This document shows, in pieces, positions 35,400-45,154 of a stretch of 64,000 nt of DNA. How positions within the stretch are numbered: position 1 is the first letter of the stretch; each line of letters starts with the position of its first letter. The notes below the pieces were generated by a model, which had not been told where the DNA came from, searched no databases, and was given only the letters and a program-made list of their open reading frames with translations. The DNA is from Clostridiaceae bacterium (GTDB taxonomy: Bacteria; Bacillota; Clostridia; CAYPLH01; DUMO01): assembly GCA_012839865.1 (NCBI GenBank), contig DUMO01000068.1, forward strand, positions 183-64,182. Reading direction: 5' to 3'. The translations under genes and the position numbers were made by a program.

Positions 35400-35846
35400 A
35401 TGCAGGTAATAAACGAAATGAAACTTGAATTTTTAAGCAAATCGAGTAATGAAGCCTTTGCGAGGGTAGTGGCGGCAGCCTTTGTGTCACAGCTTGACCC
35501 CACCCTGGAGGAGCTTGCAGATGTCAAAACAGCTGTTTCAGAAGCAGTGACAAATGCAATTATTCATGGTTATGAGAACAGGACCGGATATGTGAAAATG
35601 ATTTGCAAGTTGTTTCAAAATGCAGTTGAAATAAAGGTCATTGATGAAGGAAAAGGGATTGAGGATATCGAGCTTGCAAGACAGCCCCTTTATACTTCCA
35701 GGCCGGATTTGGAAAGGTCGGGAATGGGATTTGCCATCATGGAAAGTTTTATGGATAAGGTGACAGTTGAATCTGCTCCTAATAAAGGCACTACTGTTAC
35801 ATTGATCAAAACATTTGAATCTTTGAAGGACAACCCGAAAGAATAG
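35400..35846 (+). CDS. spoIIAB: Anti-sigma F factor SpoIIAB (GHKL serine kinase)
   Basis: 148 aa. GHKL motifs (NAIIHGY, DEGKGI, GMGFAIM). Located between spoIIAA and the sigma gene. Confidence 0.85.
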   Translation: MQVINEMKLEFLSKSSNEAFARVVAAAFVSQLDPTLEELADVKTAVSEAVTNAIIHGYENRTGYVKMICKLFQNAVEIKVIDEGKGIEDIELARQPLYTSRPDLERSGMGFAIMESFMDKVTVESAPNKGTTVTLIKTFESLKDNPKE

Positions 35847-35969
35847 AACTTTAAAGCTTATATAACCATGAGAGTTAAAAGTCCGGCATTATCCCTGCAG
35901 TATGTACAAGATAACTGCCGGGGGACTTTAAAAACCAAAGAAGAAAAGCATGAAAGGTTATTGGTGGCA

Positions 35970-36707
35970 ATGAGCGGTTTACCCAATGAAACAATTGAAC
36001 TTATTCAAAAGGCAAAAAGCGGGGATGCGGAAGCGCAGAATACCTTGGTCAAGGATAATATCGGCCTGGTCTGGAGTATTGTGAGAAGGTTCCAGAACAG
36101 GGGATATGAAATGGAGGACCTGTATCAGATTGGTTGCATTGGGCTTATCAAGGCAATTGAAAAATTTGATTTGTCATATAATGTGAAGTTTTCTACATAT
36201 GCAGTTCCCATGATTATTGGTGAAATCAAAAGGTTTATCCGTGACGACGGAATTATCAAGGTAAGCCGTTCTTTAAAGGAATTGTTCAACAAAACCAGGG
36301 TCGCCAGGGAGATCTTAAGCAAAGAGCAGGGAAAAGAACCGACTCTTAAAGAAATATCCAACTACCTGGGGATACCCGAGGAAGACCTTGTAGTAGCCAT
36401 GGAGGCCGGTGCGGAACCGGAATCCCTCTATTCGGCGGTTGGTGATGGTGACAATTCTTCCATTCTTTTAATAGACAGAATTGACGGCCAGAGGGATGAA
36501 ACAGGAATTGATTTGATAGACAAAATAGCCCTGCGCCAGGTAATAGACACACTGGAGCCCAGAGAAAAACAAATTATTCTCTTAAGATATTTCAAACAGA
36601 AAACACAGATGCAGATAGCAAATATGCTGGGAGTTTCCCAGGTGCAGGTATCACGAATTGAAAAGAAAATACTCAAGCAGTTAAGACAAAAAATTGAAAT
36701 GATTTAA
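35970..36707 (+). CDS. sigF: Sporulation sigma factor SigF
   Basis: Sigma-70 regions 2-4 (LVWSIVRRF, YAVPMIIGEIKRFIRDDG, C-terminal HTH MQIANMLGVSQVQVSRIEKK). Downstream of spoIIAA-spoIIAB. Start chosen at the internal ATG at 35970. The ORF is open from 35868. Confidence 0.83.
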   Translation: MSGLPNETIELIQKAKSGDAEAQNTLVKDNIGLVWSIVRRFQNRGYEMEDLYQIGCIGLIKAIEKFDLSYNVKFSTYAVPMIIGEIKRFIRDDGIIKVSRSLKELFNKTRVAREILSKEQGKEPTLKEISNYLGIPEEDLVVAMEAGAEPESLYSAVGDGDNSSILLIDRIDGQRDETGIDLIDKIALRQVIDTLEPREKQIILLRYFKQKTQMQIANMLGVSQVQVSRIEKKILKQLRQKIEMI

Positions 36708-36907
36708 ATTCTTAAAGCACATCCAGATTTTTCTCATACAATTCTAATAAAATTTGGAATATTGCATTTTCCTTTTTCAAATAATATTCCTGAATATTGG
36801 TTTTATTTTGATGCCCTTTAAAACATTATAAAAACAAGGTTTTTCACAAGCCAATTCGTTATTTGAGAGCAAAGGCCGCTTTTGTCAGGTTGGGAAGGAG
36901 AACATTA

Positions 36908-37084
36908 ATGACTGTAATTTTCAAAAAGTATAAACTGATAATCCTGGTTGTATGCCTGCTGATTATAGCGTTTACCGCCTGGTTGATTGCAGAAAGGGTG
37001 GTAAGCAACAAGATACCCTCCAGAGGGGTTTTTGTAAATGAAGACTGCATGGAGCAAAGTGCCATTGCAAATGAAAAAACTTGA
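36908..37084 (+). CDS. Small hypothetical membrane protein (58 aa) upstream of spoVAC
   Basis: ATG after RBS GAAGGAG. One predicted TM helix (LIILVVCLLIIAFTAWLIA). No recognisable family. Confidence 0.3.
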   Translation: MTVIFKKYKLIILVVCLLIIAFTAWLIAERVVSNKIPSRGVFVNEDCMEQSAIANEKT

Positions 37085-37148
37085 ATTTTCACTGTGACCG
37101 GTTTCGGTAAATACCGGACAAACAGCATTATTACAAGGAGGAGTTTAT

Positions 37149-37595
37149 TTGCAGAAAGGATTAACAAAACAGGAATACCAGCAGTATGTTGAAAAAATGT
37201 CCCCTAAATCAAAAATTTTACGGAATGTTTTCCGGGCTTTTCTGGTTGGGGGATTGATATGTGTTGTCGGACAGTTTTTCATTAATATACTCAAGCTTAG
37301 AGGTATCGATCAGGAGCGGGCTTCGACGATTACGACATTGATAATGGTGTTTCTTGGCGCTCTTTTTACAGGATTGAATGTATACGATGAGTTGGGAAGG
37401 TTTGCAGGAGCAGGCTCCATTATCCCGATAACCGGGTTTGCCAATTCAATTGTATCCCCTGCCATGGAGCATAAAACGGAAGGTTATGTAATGGGTGTGG
37501 GAGGAAAAATGTTTGTGGTGGCAGGACCGGTTCTGGTATATGGAATTTCAGCTTCTGTCATAGCGGGAATATTGTATTATCTGATTCACAAGTAG
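37149..37595 (+). CDS. spoVAC: Stage V sporulation protein AC (SpoVAC)
   Basis: TTG start after AGGAGGAG. 148-aa membrane protein with the conserved LVGGLICVVGQ motif of SpoVAC/SpoVAEB. Confidence 0.85.
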   Translation: MQKGLTKQEYQQYVEKMSPKSKILRNVFRAFLVGGLICVVGQFFINILKLRGIDQERASTITTLIMVFLGALFTGLNVYDELGRFAGAGSIIPITGFANSIVSPAMEHKTEGYVMGVGGKMFVVAGPVLVYGISASVIAGILYYLIHK

Positions 37596-37698
37596 GAAGA
37601 GCCAGCAACCTGAATTTAAAGGCGAGTAATTTTTTTGGGGCATTGGCATGCGCTGAAGGGAAAATACCTCATAAGGCGGTGGAAGGAGGTTTATATGG

Positions 37699-38715
37699 AT
37701 GGCAAATAAAAGGAACGGCAGCCAGACTGTTAAATTTGATAATCCGCCAAGAATAATTTCAACTGGGTCCATAGTTGGACCAAAGGAAGGTCAGGGACCT
37801 TTAAGGCTTTATTTTGATGAAATAATTGATGATGAAATGTGGGGTGAAAAAAGCTGGGAAAAGGCAGAAAGTAAAATTATGCGTGAGACTTTCGCCCGCA
37901 TCCTGAAAAAAGCTGCCAGATCACCCAAGGATATAAATTATATTATTGCAGGGGACCTGCTTAACCAGTGTATAGCTGCAAATTATGGAATCCGTGAATC
38001 AGATGTGCCGTTTTTCGGTATATTCGGAGCATGTTCAACCATGGCGGAAAGCATGAATATAGGAGCCATGCTGATTGATGGCGGATTTGCAGATTATGTG
38101 GTGTGCATTACCTCAAGCCACTTTTGCTCGGCGGAAAAGCAATTCAGGTTTCCCCTGGAGCTTGGGACTCAAAGGACGCCAACTGCCCAATGGACTGTTA
38201 CTGGCAGTGGAGGGGTGCTTCTGTCATCAGACGGAACAGGCCCTTTCATCACTCATGCCACTACCGGAAAAATAGTTGACATGGGTGTCAAAGATGCAAA
38301 CAACATGGGTGCGGCCATGGCACCGGCAGCGGTGGATACACTGATTGCCCATTTTCGTGATACAGGCTTTTTGCCGGAGGATTACGACCTGATTGTTACA
38401 GGGGATCTTGGCTATGTAGGGAAAAACATATGCCAGGAACTGATGATGAAACATGGATACGATTTAAGCGAAAGATACAATGATTGCGGTGTAATGATTT
38501 ATGATCTGAAAAAACAGGATGCCCATGCAGGGGGAAGCGGATGCGGTTGTTCTGCAACTGTTCTGGCGGGTTACATTTATGAGGAAATCAACAAGGGAAA
38601 CCTGAACAATGTGCTTTTTGTTGCTACAGGAGCACTCTTCAGCCCCACCAGTGTGCAACAGGGAGAGTCGATTCCTGCAATTGCACATGCCATCAGAATT
38701 CAAAGGATTCTATAA
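37699..38715 (+). CDS. spoVAD: Stage V sporulation protein AD (SpoVAD; thiolase/KAS-fold)
   Basis: 338 aa. RBS GGAAGGAGGT. N-terminal conserved Cys (CSTMAE) and the FabH-like fold characteristic of SpoVAD. Confidence 0.85.
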   Translation: MANKRNGSQTVKFDNPPRIISTGSIVGPKEGQGPLRLYFDEIIDDEMWGEKSWEKAESKIMRETFARILKKAARSPKDINYIIAGDLLNQCIAANYGIRESDVPFFGIFGACSTMAESMNIGAMLIDGGFADYVVCITSSHFCSAEKQFRFPLELGTQRTPTAQWTVTGSGGVLLSSDGTGPFITHATTGKIVDMGVKDANNMGAAMAPAAVDTLIAHFRDTGFLPEDYDLIVTGDLGYVGKNICQELMMKHGYDLSERYNDCGVMIYDLKKQDAHAGGSGCGCSATVLAGYIYEEINKGNLNNVLFVATGALFSPTSVQQGESIPAIAHAIRIQRIL

Positions 38716-38980
38716 ACTTTTTGCAGGAGAAATGAACGGGTAGGTATTGACAAAGTTTCTTTATCCGGAAGGTCTGCTTTGAGAGCGTGGAAGCGTTTAT
38801 CATGTAAGGGATTCATTTGTTAAATAAGGTTTAAAGGTTTGAAAATCCGGTAGTTCCAGGCTGTAAAAACCTGGCCGGAAGCTCAGGGCGTCAGCTGCCG
38901 GAATCAGGGTTGATCCTGCATTGAAAATGTAAAATACCAGTCACTAATAAAGGCTAACTATTAAATATATGGAGGATATT

Positions 38981-39352
38981 ATGCAGAACATGATCTGGAC
39001 ATACATTAATGCGTTTATTGTGGGAGGCGTAATTTGCGCTGCAGGACAAATATTGATTGATAAAACCAAATTGACGTCAGCCAGAATTCTTGTACTTTTC
39101 GTTACGACAGGCGTTATATTAAGTGCCCTTGGAGTATACCAGAAGATTGTGGATATAGGCGGTGCCGGTGCCACCATCCCCCTTTCCGGGTTTGGGTATA
39201 CACTGACCAGGGGCGTTTTCAGGGATGTTGAGTCTCTTGGAATACTGGGGGCTTTTACCGGCGGCCTGAAAGCTACTGCAGCAGGCATTACGGCGGCGAT
39301 TCTTTTTGGATATATAATTTCGGTGGCAGCCGTCCCCAAGGCTAAAAGATGA
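38981..39352 (+). CDS. spoVAE: Stage V sporulation protein AE (SpoVAEB-type)
   Basis: FIVGGVICAAGQ motif paralogous to SpoVAC. Start at the second ATG, which follows GGAGGAT. Confidence 0.78.
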   Translation: MQNMIWTYINAFIVGGVICAAGQILIDKTKLTSARILVLFVTTGVILSALGVYQKIVDIGGAGATIPLSGFGYTLTRGVFRDVESLGILGAFTGGLKATAAGITAAILFGYIISVAAVPKAKR

Positions 39353-39776
39353 GCAAATTATTTGCCTTGTTATGTAATGTAAAGCTCGGGGGCATTGAGC
39401 CCCGCTCGCTTTTGACTGGAGGAACCAGGGGGAACCAGGGGACGGTTCTTCTGGTTCCTTTAGTTCAAAGCAGACTGCGATGTCCGTTGCCCTCCTTTTT
39501 GAAATGTGCATATCATCCCGATCAACCCATCGGTCGCTACCAGATACGTTAAGTGTGAAGGTATATATACTATAATCTAATTGCACGTTAAATGTCATTG
39601 AATTTGCCTGTTATCAGGCATTAACCTTATTTTCAACTATTTTGTCAACAAGTGCATGCTCCTGCAATTGTATTGCAGGAGATAACGAATTTCATTAAAA
39701 AAGTCGAGAGCCCTGTAAAATATTGTGATATAATCAAAACACCTCATGGGGTATTTTGATTATAACGGGTGATTCG

Positions 39777-41231
39777 ATGGATTATTATCTTTTCATTTGG
39801 TCAATTGTTGTATTCATAGAAAACCGGCTCATATCCGGCTTTAAATATAAGGAGCTTGAAAAAGCAACCGGGTATTCGCTGTCCCACATCCGTTCTCTTT
39901 TTGCAAAACTTACAGGCAAATCCCTGTCACGTTATATTCTGAGCCGGAGAATTGCACACGCAGCCTTTGATATAATTCATAGTGATGATAGTATCCTGAA
40001 CATTTCTGTAAAATACGGTTTTAATAATCCTGATACATTCACCCGTGCATTTTTTCGTATTACAGGGTATACACCGCAGGATTTCCGAAAGCGAAGGCGT
40101 ACAGTCGGCCGTGTAAAACTTTGCTCGGGAGTCTATGGTGTTTCAGAAATGGAGGTTATCATGAATATGAATAACGGAAAACAATCTGTAGAAGGAAGCA
40201 CAATACTGTATGGTGTTCCAAAGGTTGGGTATGGTGAATATGGTGGCTGTACGCCTTTTCCGATCTGTCTGAAAGCAGCGGCCAACTATCTTGGGGAAGA
40301 TATAGATTATGATTATGCCATGGTTGTCAGCGGCGCTGCTTTCCGCCTTACATGGGATGAAACCTGCTGGAATGGCGGCAATGTTGATGTAATATTTGCA
40401 TTTGACGACCCTGAAATGGTATATAAGAACGGAATCGAAGCCCTTGGGCGCAAGTTTGAACTGTTAACCAGGGAACCAAAAGCCACTAAAGAAGATTTCA
40501 TCAGTTTTATTAAAAAACAAATTGACAAAGGCTATCCCTGCATCGGCCTTGGTTTTATAGGTCCTCCCGAAGCATGCCTGATTACTGGTTACCGTAATGA
40601 AGGCAAGACCCTCCTTGGGTGGAACTTCTTTCAGGATTGTCCGGAATATGCTGCTGTTCTAAAGTTCGATGACTCGGGATATTTTATCACCGATTCATGG
40701 TGGGAAAATAAAGATACCGTAGCTGTAATGGCGATGGGAGAAAAAACTTCTTCTCCAATGCCCTTAAAGACGATGGTACAGAATGCAATTACCGTACTTT
40801 CCGGACGCAGACAGGGCAACTACGCAAAGGGGCTTATGGCATATGATGCATGGAAAAAGGCAATTACGGACGAAAGCCAATTCCCTGTGGAACCTATTTT
40901 GCCGCTTCTTGCCGAGAGGCTGATGTGCCAGGGAGATGCAACGGACTGTATTTCAGACGGACGCAGCAATGTAGCAAAGTTCTTTAGGAAATTGGCGGAG
41001 CAAAATCCGGAGCAGCCCTTGTTCAGGGAAATAGCAGGCAAGTTTCATGCAGTTGCTCAAAATTCATATGAAATGTACAGAACCCTTGGCGGCTGGCAGC
41101 GGGGTGAAAATCAGATGCGGCAGCTTTCTGTCAGGGAAAACCGCCTCAAAATAGCAGAGTTGATTGACAAATGCAAGGCTGCCGATTCAGAAGCCCTGCA
41201 ATTGCTTCAGAAGCTGGAAGAAACTCTTTAG
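39777..41231 (+). CDS. AraC/XylS-family transcriptional regulator with N-terminal HTH fused to an uncharacterized ~370-aa C-terminal domain
   Basis: The N-terminal 100 aa carry the AraC dual-HTH signature (KELEKATGYSLSHIRSLFAKLTGKSLSRYILSRRIAHAAFDI...YGFNNPDTFTRAFFRITGYTPQDFRK). The remainder has no motif I can assign. It contains conserved-looking Cys/His positions (GGCTPFPIC, GYPCIGLGF). Confidence 0.6.
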   Translation: MDYYLFIWSIVVFIENRLISGFKYKELEKATGYSLSHIRSLFAKLTGKSLSRYILSRRIAHAAFDIIHSDDSILNISVKYGFNNPDTFTRAFFRITGYTPQDFRKRRRTVGRVKLCSGVYGVSEMEVIMNMNNGKQSVEGSTILYGVPKVGYGEYGGCTPFPICLKAAANYLGEDIDYDYAMVVSGAAFRLTWDETCWNGGNVDVIFAFDDPEMVYKNGIEALGRKFELLTREPKATKEDFISFIKKQIDKGYPCIGLGFIGPPEACLITGYRNEGKTLLGWNFFQDCPEYAAVLKFDDSGYFITDSWWENKDTVAVMAMGEKTSSPMPLKTMVQNAITVLSGRRQGNYAKGLMAYDAWKKAITDESQFPVEPILPLLAERLMCQGDATDCISDGRSNVAKFFRKLAEQNPEQPLFREIAGKFHAVAQNSYEMYRTLGGWQRGENQMRQLSVRENRLKIAELIDKCKAADSEALQLLQKLEETL

Positions 41232-41362
41232 TAGTAATATTTAAAAAAACTCATTTGATTTGATAAGCACCCGGTCAAACAATCGGGTGTTTTTTCATGC
41301 AAAAGTTTTTTAATTAAATTTATAGGTCCCAGTCAAACATCCTGGCGCTTTGCTCTTGTGAT

Positions 41363-41644
41363 TCAATCAAGATCAAAATCCTGTTCAACTTTTAATACCT
41401 GCCCTGTAACTGCATGAACGCGTACTTCATATACTCCTGATACGGTGAGTATATCAATTTCATATACCAATACGCCATTATCATAGTCCAATTCAACTTT
41501 TATAACTTGACCCGGAACCTGCTGCAGGGCAATTTGAACTGCAGCCTCACTGCTGATTCTGTAACTCCTCCGGTAATTGTCCCATAACCAGTAGTAATTA
41601 TAATTGTTGTAGCCAAAGCCAAACATAAAGCACCCTTCTTTCAA
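41363..41644 (-). CDS. Small PepSY-like domain protein
   Basis: C-terminal VIKVELDYDNGVLVYEIDILTVSGVYEVRVHAVTGQVLKVEQD matches the PepSY fold pattern. The N-terminus is Y/N/W-rich. Start uncertain. Confidence 0.4.
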   Translation of the reverse strand: MKEGCFMFGFGYNNYNYYWLWDNYRRSYRISSEAAVQIALQQVPGQVIKVELDYDNGVLVYEIDILTVSGVYEVRVHAVTGQVLKVEQDFDLD

Positions 41645-41804
41645 ATAATAAGTTTACATAATCAATATATTCATAATTTACTGAAAATGTTCTTTAAGTC
41701 ATTTTACAATGCTATTCCTGATGATGCTCTTTTGTTTGATTGCCTCCCTCTGGCATTATTAATAAAAGTGTAATATAATAACGTTGGTAAATAATATATT
41801 TTGG

Positions 41805-42040
41805 ATGAATGGTGCAGGAGAGACCTGGTTGAAAAAATCAGGCGCCGAAGAGGTAAGCAGAAGGTCTGTCAACCTTTTTTGTGAATCTTTCAGGTAAAAG
41901 GACTGTATCAGGACAAAACTCTGAAAAGCTGCACTTTTGCAGCACCGAAGGAGCAATATTCCGGTGGGGGTGGAATCTCTCAGGTTTAAGAACAGAGGAA
42001 AATGACAATGTATTTTGTTATTTTCCTTTTTTTTATTCAT
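41805..42040 (+). ncRNA. Tandem glycine riboswitch (two aptamers) with terminator expression platform, leader of gcvT
   Basis: Aptamer 1: GGAGAGACC...GCGCCGAAGAGG...CTTTCAGGTAAAAGGAC. Aptamer 2: CTCTGAAAAGCTGCAC...CACCGAAGGAGCAA...CTCTCAGGTTTAAGAACAGAGG. Then a GGAAAATGACAA/TTGTTATTTTCC hairpin plus T8 (41996-42040). Confidence 0.7.
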
Positions 42041-42157
42041 AATAATAATTGACAACTATTTGTTCAGGGTCCAGGGAAGTAAAGAAGTAATAAAGCATTA
42101 ATAAAACGGGAACAAAATTGTAAGGGTTGAAAAATAATACCGGAGGAGGTTTATAAA

Positions 42158-43255
42158 ATGAAAAAAACACCACTTTATGAGGTGCACATAAAATTAGGAG
42201 GCAGGATGATTGATTTTGGAGGTTGGGCTCTTCCTGTGCAGTATACGGGAATTATAGAGGAACACCTCGCTGTTCGGGAAAAAGCCGGGTTGTTTGATGT
42301 TTCACACATGGGTGAGATTATAGTTGAAGGACCTGATGCGGCTTCATACATACAAGGCATTATAACCAATGATATAACAGGGCTTTGCATCGGACAGATT
42401 TCCTACTCTCCGATGTGTTATCATAATGGAGGTGTTGTTGACGACCTGCTGGTATATAAGCTGAATGATGAAAAATTCCTTATCATAGTTAATGCTTCGA
42501 ATACCGATAAGGATTATGAATGGATGAAAAGCAACCTTGCCGGAAATGTTTTGGTGGAAAATGTATCAGACAAATATGCGCAGCTGGCTCTGCAAGGTCC
42601 CGAGTCGGAATCCATATTGCAGAAGCTTGCAAACATCCCCCTTTCGGATATCAAGTTCTACAATTTCAGAGAAAATGTCAACATAGGGGGCATCACTTCA
42701 ATTGTATCCCGTACAGGATATACCGGAGAAGACGGGTTTGAAATTTATGTGGATTCAGACAAGGCTGAAGCCATGTGGAATCTGGTAATGGAAGCAGGGA
42801 AGGACAAAGGATTGGTGCCGGCAGGCCTGGGAGCAAGGGACACCCTTAGGTTTGAAGCAGCGCTGCCATTGTACGGGCATGAATTGTCACCTGATATTAC
42901 TCCCCTGGAGGTCGGGTTGGAGAAGTTTGTGAAGCTTGAAAAGGAATGTGATTTTATCGGCAAACAAGCCCTTGTTGAGCAAAAGGAAAAGGGCTTGAAG
43001 AGGAAACTTGCAGGTTTTAAAATGATTGACAGAGGGTTGCCCAGAAACGGATATGATGTTGAAGTAAATGGCGAAAAGATAGGTTATGTTACAACCGGTG
43101 GATTTTCACCAAGCCTTAAGCTTAATATAGGACTGGCCCTTATATCTGCTGAATACGCCAAAAAAGGAACTGAAATCGGAATAAACATCCGGGGGAAGGC
43201 GGTTAGAGCCGAGGTGGTGAAAAAACCCTTTTACTCAAAGAAGTATAAGAAGTAG
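42158..43255 (+). CDS. gcvT: Glycine cleavage system aminomethyltransferase T protein
   Basis: 365 aa. GcvT folate-binding family conservation throughout (FDVSHMGEI, GYTGEDGFEI). Confidence 0.92.
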   Translation: MKKTPLYEVHIKLGGRMIDFGGWALPVQYTGIIEEHLAVREKAGLFDVSHMGEIIVEGPDAASYIQGIITNDITGLCIGQISYSPMCYHNGGVVDDLLVYKLNDEKFLIIVNASNTDKDYEWMKSNLAGNVLVENVSDKYAQLALQGPESESILQKLANIPLSDIKFYNFRENVNIGGITSIVSRTGYTGEDGFEIYVDSDKAEAMWNLVMEAGKDKGLVPAGLGARDTLRFEAALPLYGHELSPDITPLEVGLEKFVKLEKECDFIGKQALVEQKEKGLKRKLAGFKMIDRGLPRNGYDVEVNGEKIGYVTTGGFSPSLKLNIGLALISAEYAKKGTEIGINIRGKAVRAEVVKKPFYSKKYKK

Positions 43256-43426
43256 TTAAAATAGAAGAAGACCTGGCTTCTGAGCCGGTGGCAGTGCTCA
43301 AAGAAGTATAGAAGACAGAGAAAATATGAAAAATACCGGGTTATTGCACTGAATAACCTTGTGAATTTGACAATATGGAAAGAATAATCATTCTATTATA
43401 AATAAAATCAGTGGGAGGAAAGTGTT

Positions 43427-43810
43427 ATGAAAGTTATTAAGAATCTTAAATACTCGAAGGATCATGAATGGGTGAAAGTTGAGGGCAACAAAGCTTATAT
43501 CGGCATTACCGATTATGCCCAGCATGCCCTCGGTGATATTGTGTTTGTTGAACTGCCGGAAACAGATACCGAAATTTCGGGTGGAGATGCCTTTGCAGTT
43601 GTTGAATCAGTCAAGGCTGCTGCAGATGTCTACTCTCCGGTTTCAGGAGTTGTACTGGAAGTTAATGAAGAGCTTCTGGATGCACCTGAAAGAATTAACG
43701 AAGACCCATATGAAAGCTGGATTGCATTGATTGAGTTAAGCGACCCGGATGAAGTGGAAGAACTGATGGATGCCGTTGAGTATGAGAAGTTTTGCTCAGA
43801 GGAGGACTAA
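43427..43810 (+). CDS. gcvH: Glycine cleavage system H protein (lipoyl carrier)
   Basis: 127 aa with the lipoyl-lysine motif ESVKAA. Confidence 0.92.
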   Translation: MKVIKNLKYSKDHEWVKVEGNKAYIGITDYAQHALGDIVFVELPETDTEISGGDAFAVVESVKAAADVYSPVSGVVLEVNEELLDAPERINEDPYESWIALIELSDPDEVEELMDAVEYEKFCSEED

Positions 43811-43813
43811 ATA

Positions 43814-45154
43814 ATGTCAAGGTATATTCCAAATACTCCAGGCCAGCAGGATGACATGCTCCGGGAGATAGGCCTTTCCTCCAGGGAAGAGCTGTTTTCG
43901 GATATCCCCTGCAGGTTGCGCCTGTCAAGGCTGCTGAACCTGGGTGAGCCTCTTTCCGAAATGGAACTTCTTAAGATCATGAAGGATATTGCATCGGAAA
44001 ACAGCAATCTGGATGAATATGCATGCTTTCTTGGTGCTGGTGCTTATGACCACTACATACCATCCCTGGTAGGTCATATAATTTCGCGGCAGGAATTCTA
44101 CACCTCCTATACGCCATATCAGCCGGAAATCAGCCAGGGCATGCTCCAGGCAATATTTGAATACCAGACAATGATATGCGAGCTGACAGGTATGGATGTA
44201 TCCAATGCATCAATGTATGACGGGGCTTCGGCAATGGCTGAAGCTGCTGTAATGGCATGCAGCGCCGCAAGAAGAAACAAGGTTCTGGTTGCAAAGAGCG
44301 TTCATCCTGAATACAGGCAGGTTTTGAAGACATATGGCCATTTCAGGGGTATACAGATTGAAGAAGTTGGATTTAAAGACGGGCTTGTTGACCTTGAGGA
44401 ACTGGAAAACAAAACAGGCAGTGATACTGCAGCTGTCATAGTCCAGTATCCGAACTTTTTCGGAAATGTGGAGCCTGTTCGCCCAGCAAGTGAAATAGCC
44501 CACAAGAACAAGGCACTCCTTGTAGCAAGTGCCGACCCTATTGCCCTGGGACTCCTTGAAGCACCAGGCAACCTTGGCGCCGATATAGTGACAGGAGAAG
44601 GCCAGGGGCTGGGAAATCCTTTGAGTTTCGGAGGACCATATCTTGGATTTTTTGCGGCAAGTGAAAGTTTGCTACGGAAAATGCCGGGAAGGATAGTTGG
44701 ACAAACAGTGGACAGAGACGGCAGGAGAGCTTTCGTTCTGACGATACAGACCCGGGAACAGCACATAAGAAGAGAAAAGGCGACTTCAAACATATGCTCA
44801 AATCAAGCCCTCAATGCCCTTGCGGCTACAGTGTACATGGCTGTGATGGGAAAACAGGGCATGCGAAAAGTTGCAGAACTTTGCCTGCAGAAATCCCACT
44901 ACGCTTATAATAGCTTAATTGGCACCGGGAAATTCAAACCGGCCTTTTCAGCTCCGTTTTTTAAAGAATTTGTTGTAAAGAGCAGTGTTCCTGTAAAACA
45001 AATAAATGAAAAACTCCTTGAATCCAAAATTATCGGCGGCTTTGACCTTTCAAAGGATTACCCGGAGCTTGGGAACGGATGGCTTGTTGCTGTTACTGAA
45101 AAGAGAACCAAAAAGGAAATAGATGAGTTTGTTGAAAAGGCAGGTGTACTGTAA
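43814..45154 (+). CDS. gcvPA: Glycine dehydrogenase (decarboxylating) subunit 1 (P-protein alpha)
   Basis: 446 aa. N-terminal-half P-protein signature. Immediately precedes and abuts gcvPB. Confidence 0.9.
   Translation: MSRYIPNTPGQQDDMLREIGLSSREELFSDIPCRLRLSRLLNLGEPLSEMELLKIMKDIASENSNLDEYACFLGAGAYDHYIPSLVGHIISRQEFYTSYTPYQPEISQGMLQAIFEYQTMICELTGMDVSNASMYDGASAMAEAAVMACSAARRNKVLVAKSVHPEYRQVLKTYGHFRGIQIEEVGFKDGLVDLEELENKTGSDTAAVIVQYPNFFGNVEPVRPASEIAHKNKALLVASADPIALGLLEAPGNLGADIVTGEGQGLGNPLSFGGPYLGFFAASESLLRKMPGRIVGQTVDRDGRRAFVLTIQTREQHIRREKATSNICSNQALNALAATVYMAVMGKQGMRKVAELCLQKSHYAYNSLIGTGKFKPAFSAPFFKEFVVKSSVPVKQINEKLLESKIIGGFDLSKDYPELGNGWLVAVTEKRTKKEIDEFVEKAGVL

Noticed and set aside
36708-36907. 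SigG/SigF-type promoter upstream of spoVA genes (TGAATA ... CATTATA)
   Set aside because: The candidate -35 and -10 elements are 27 bp apart, too far for the 17-18-bp spacing. Not reported as a feature.
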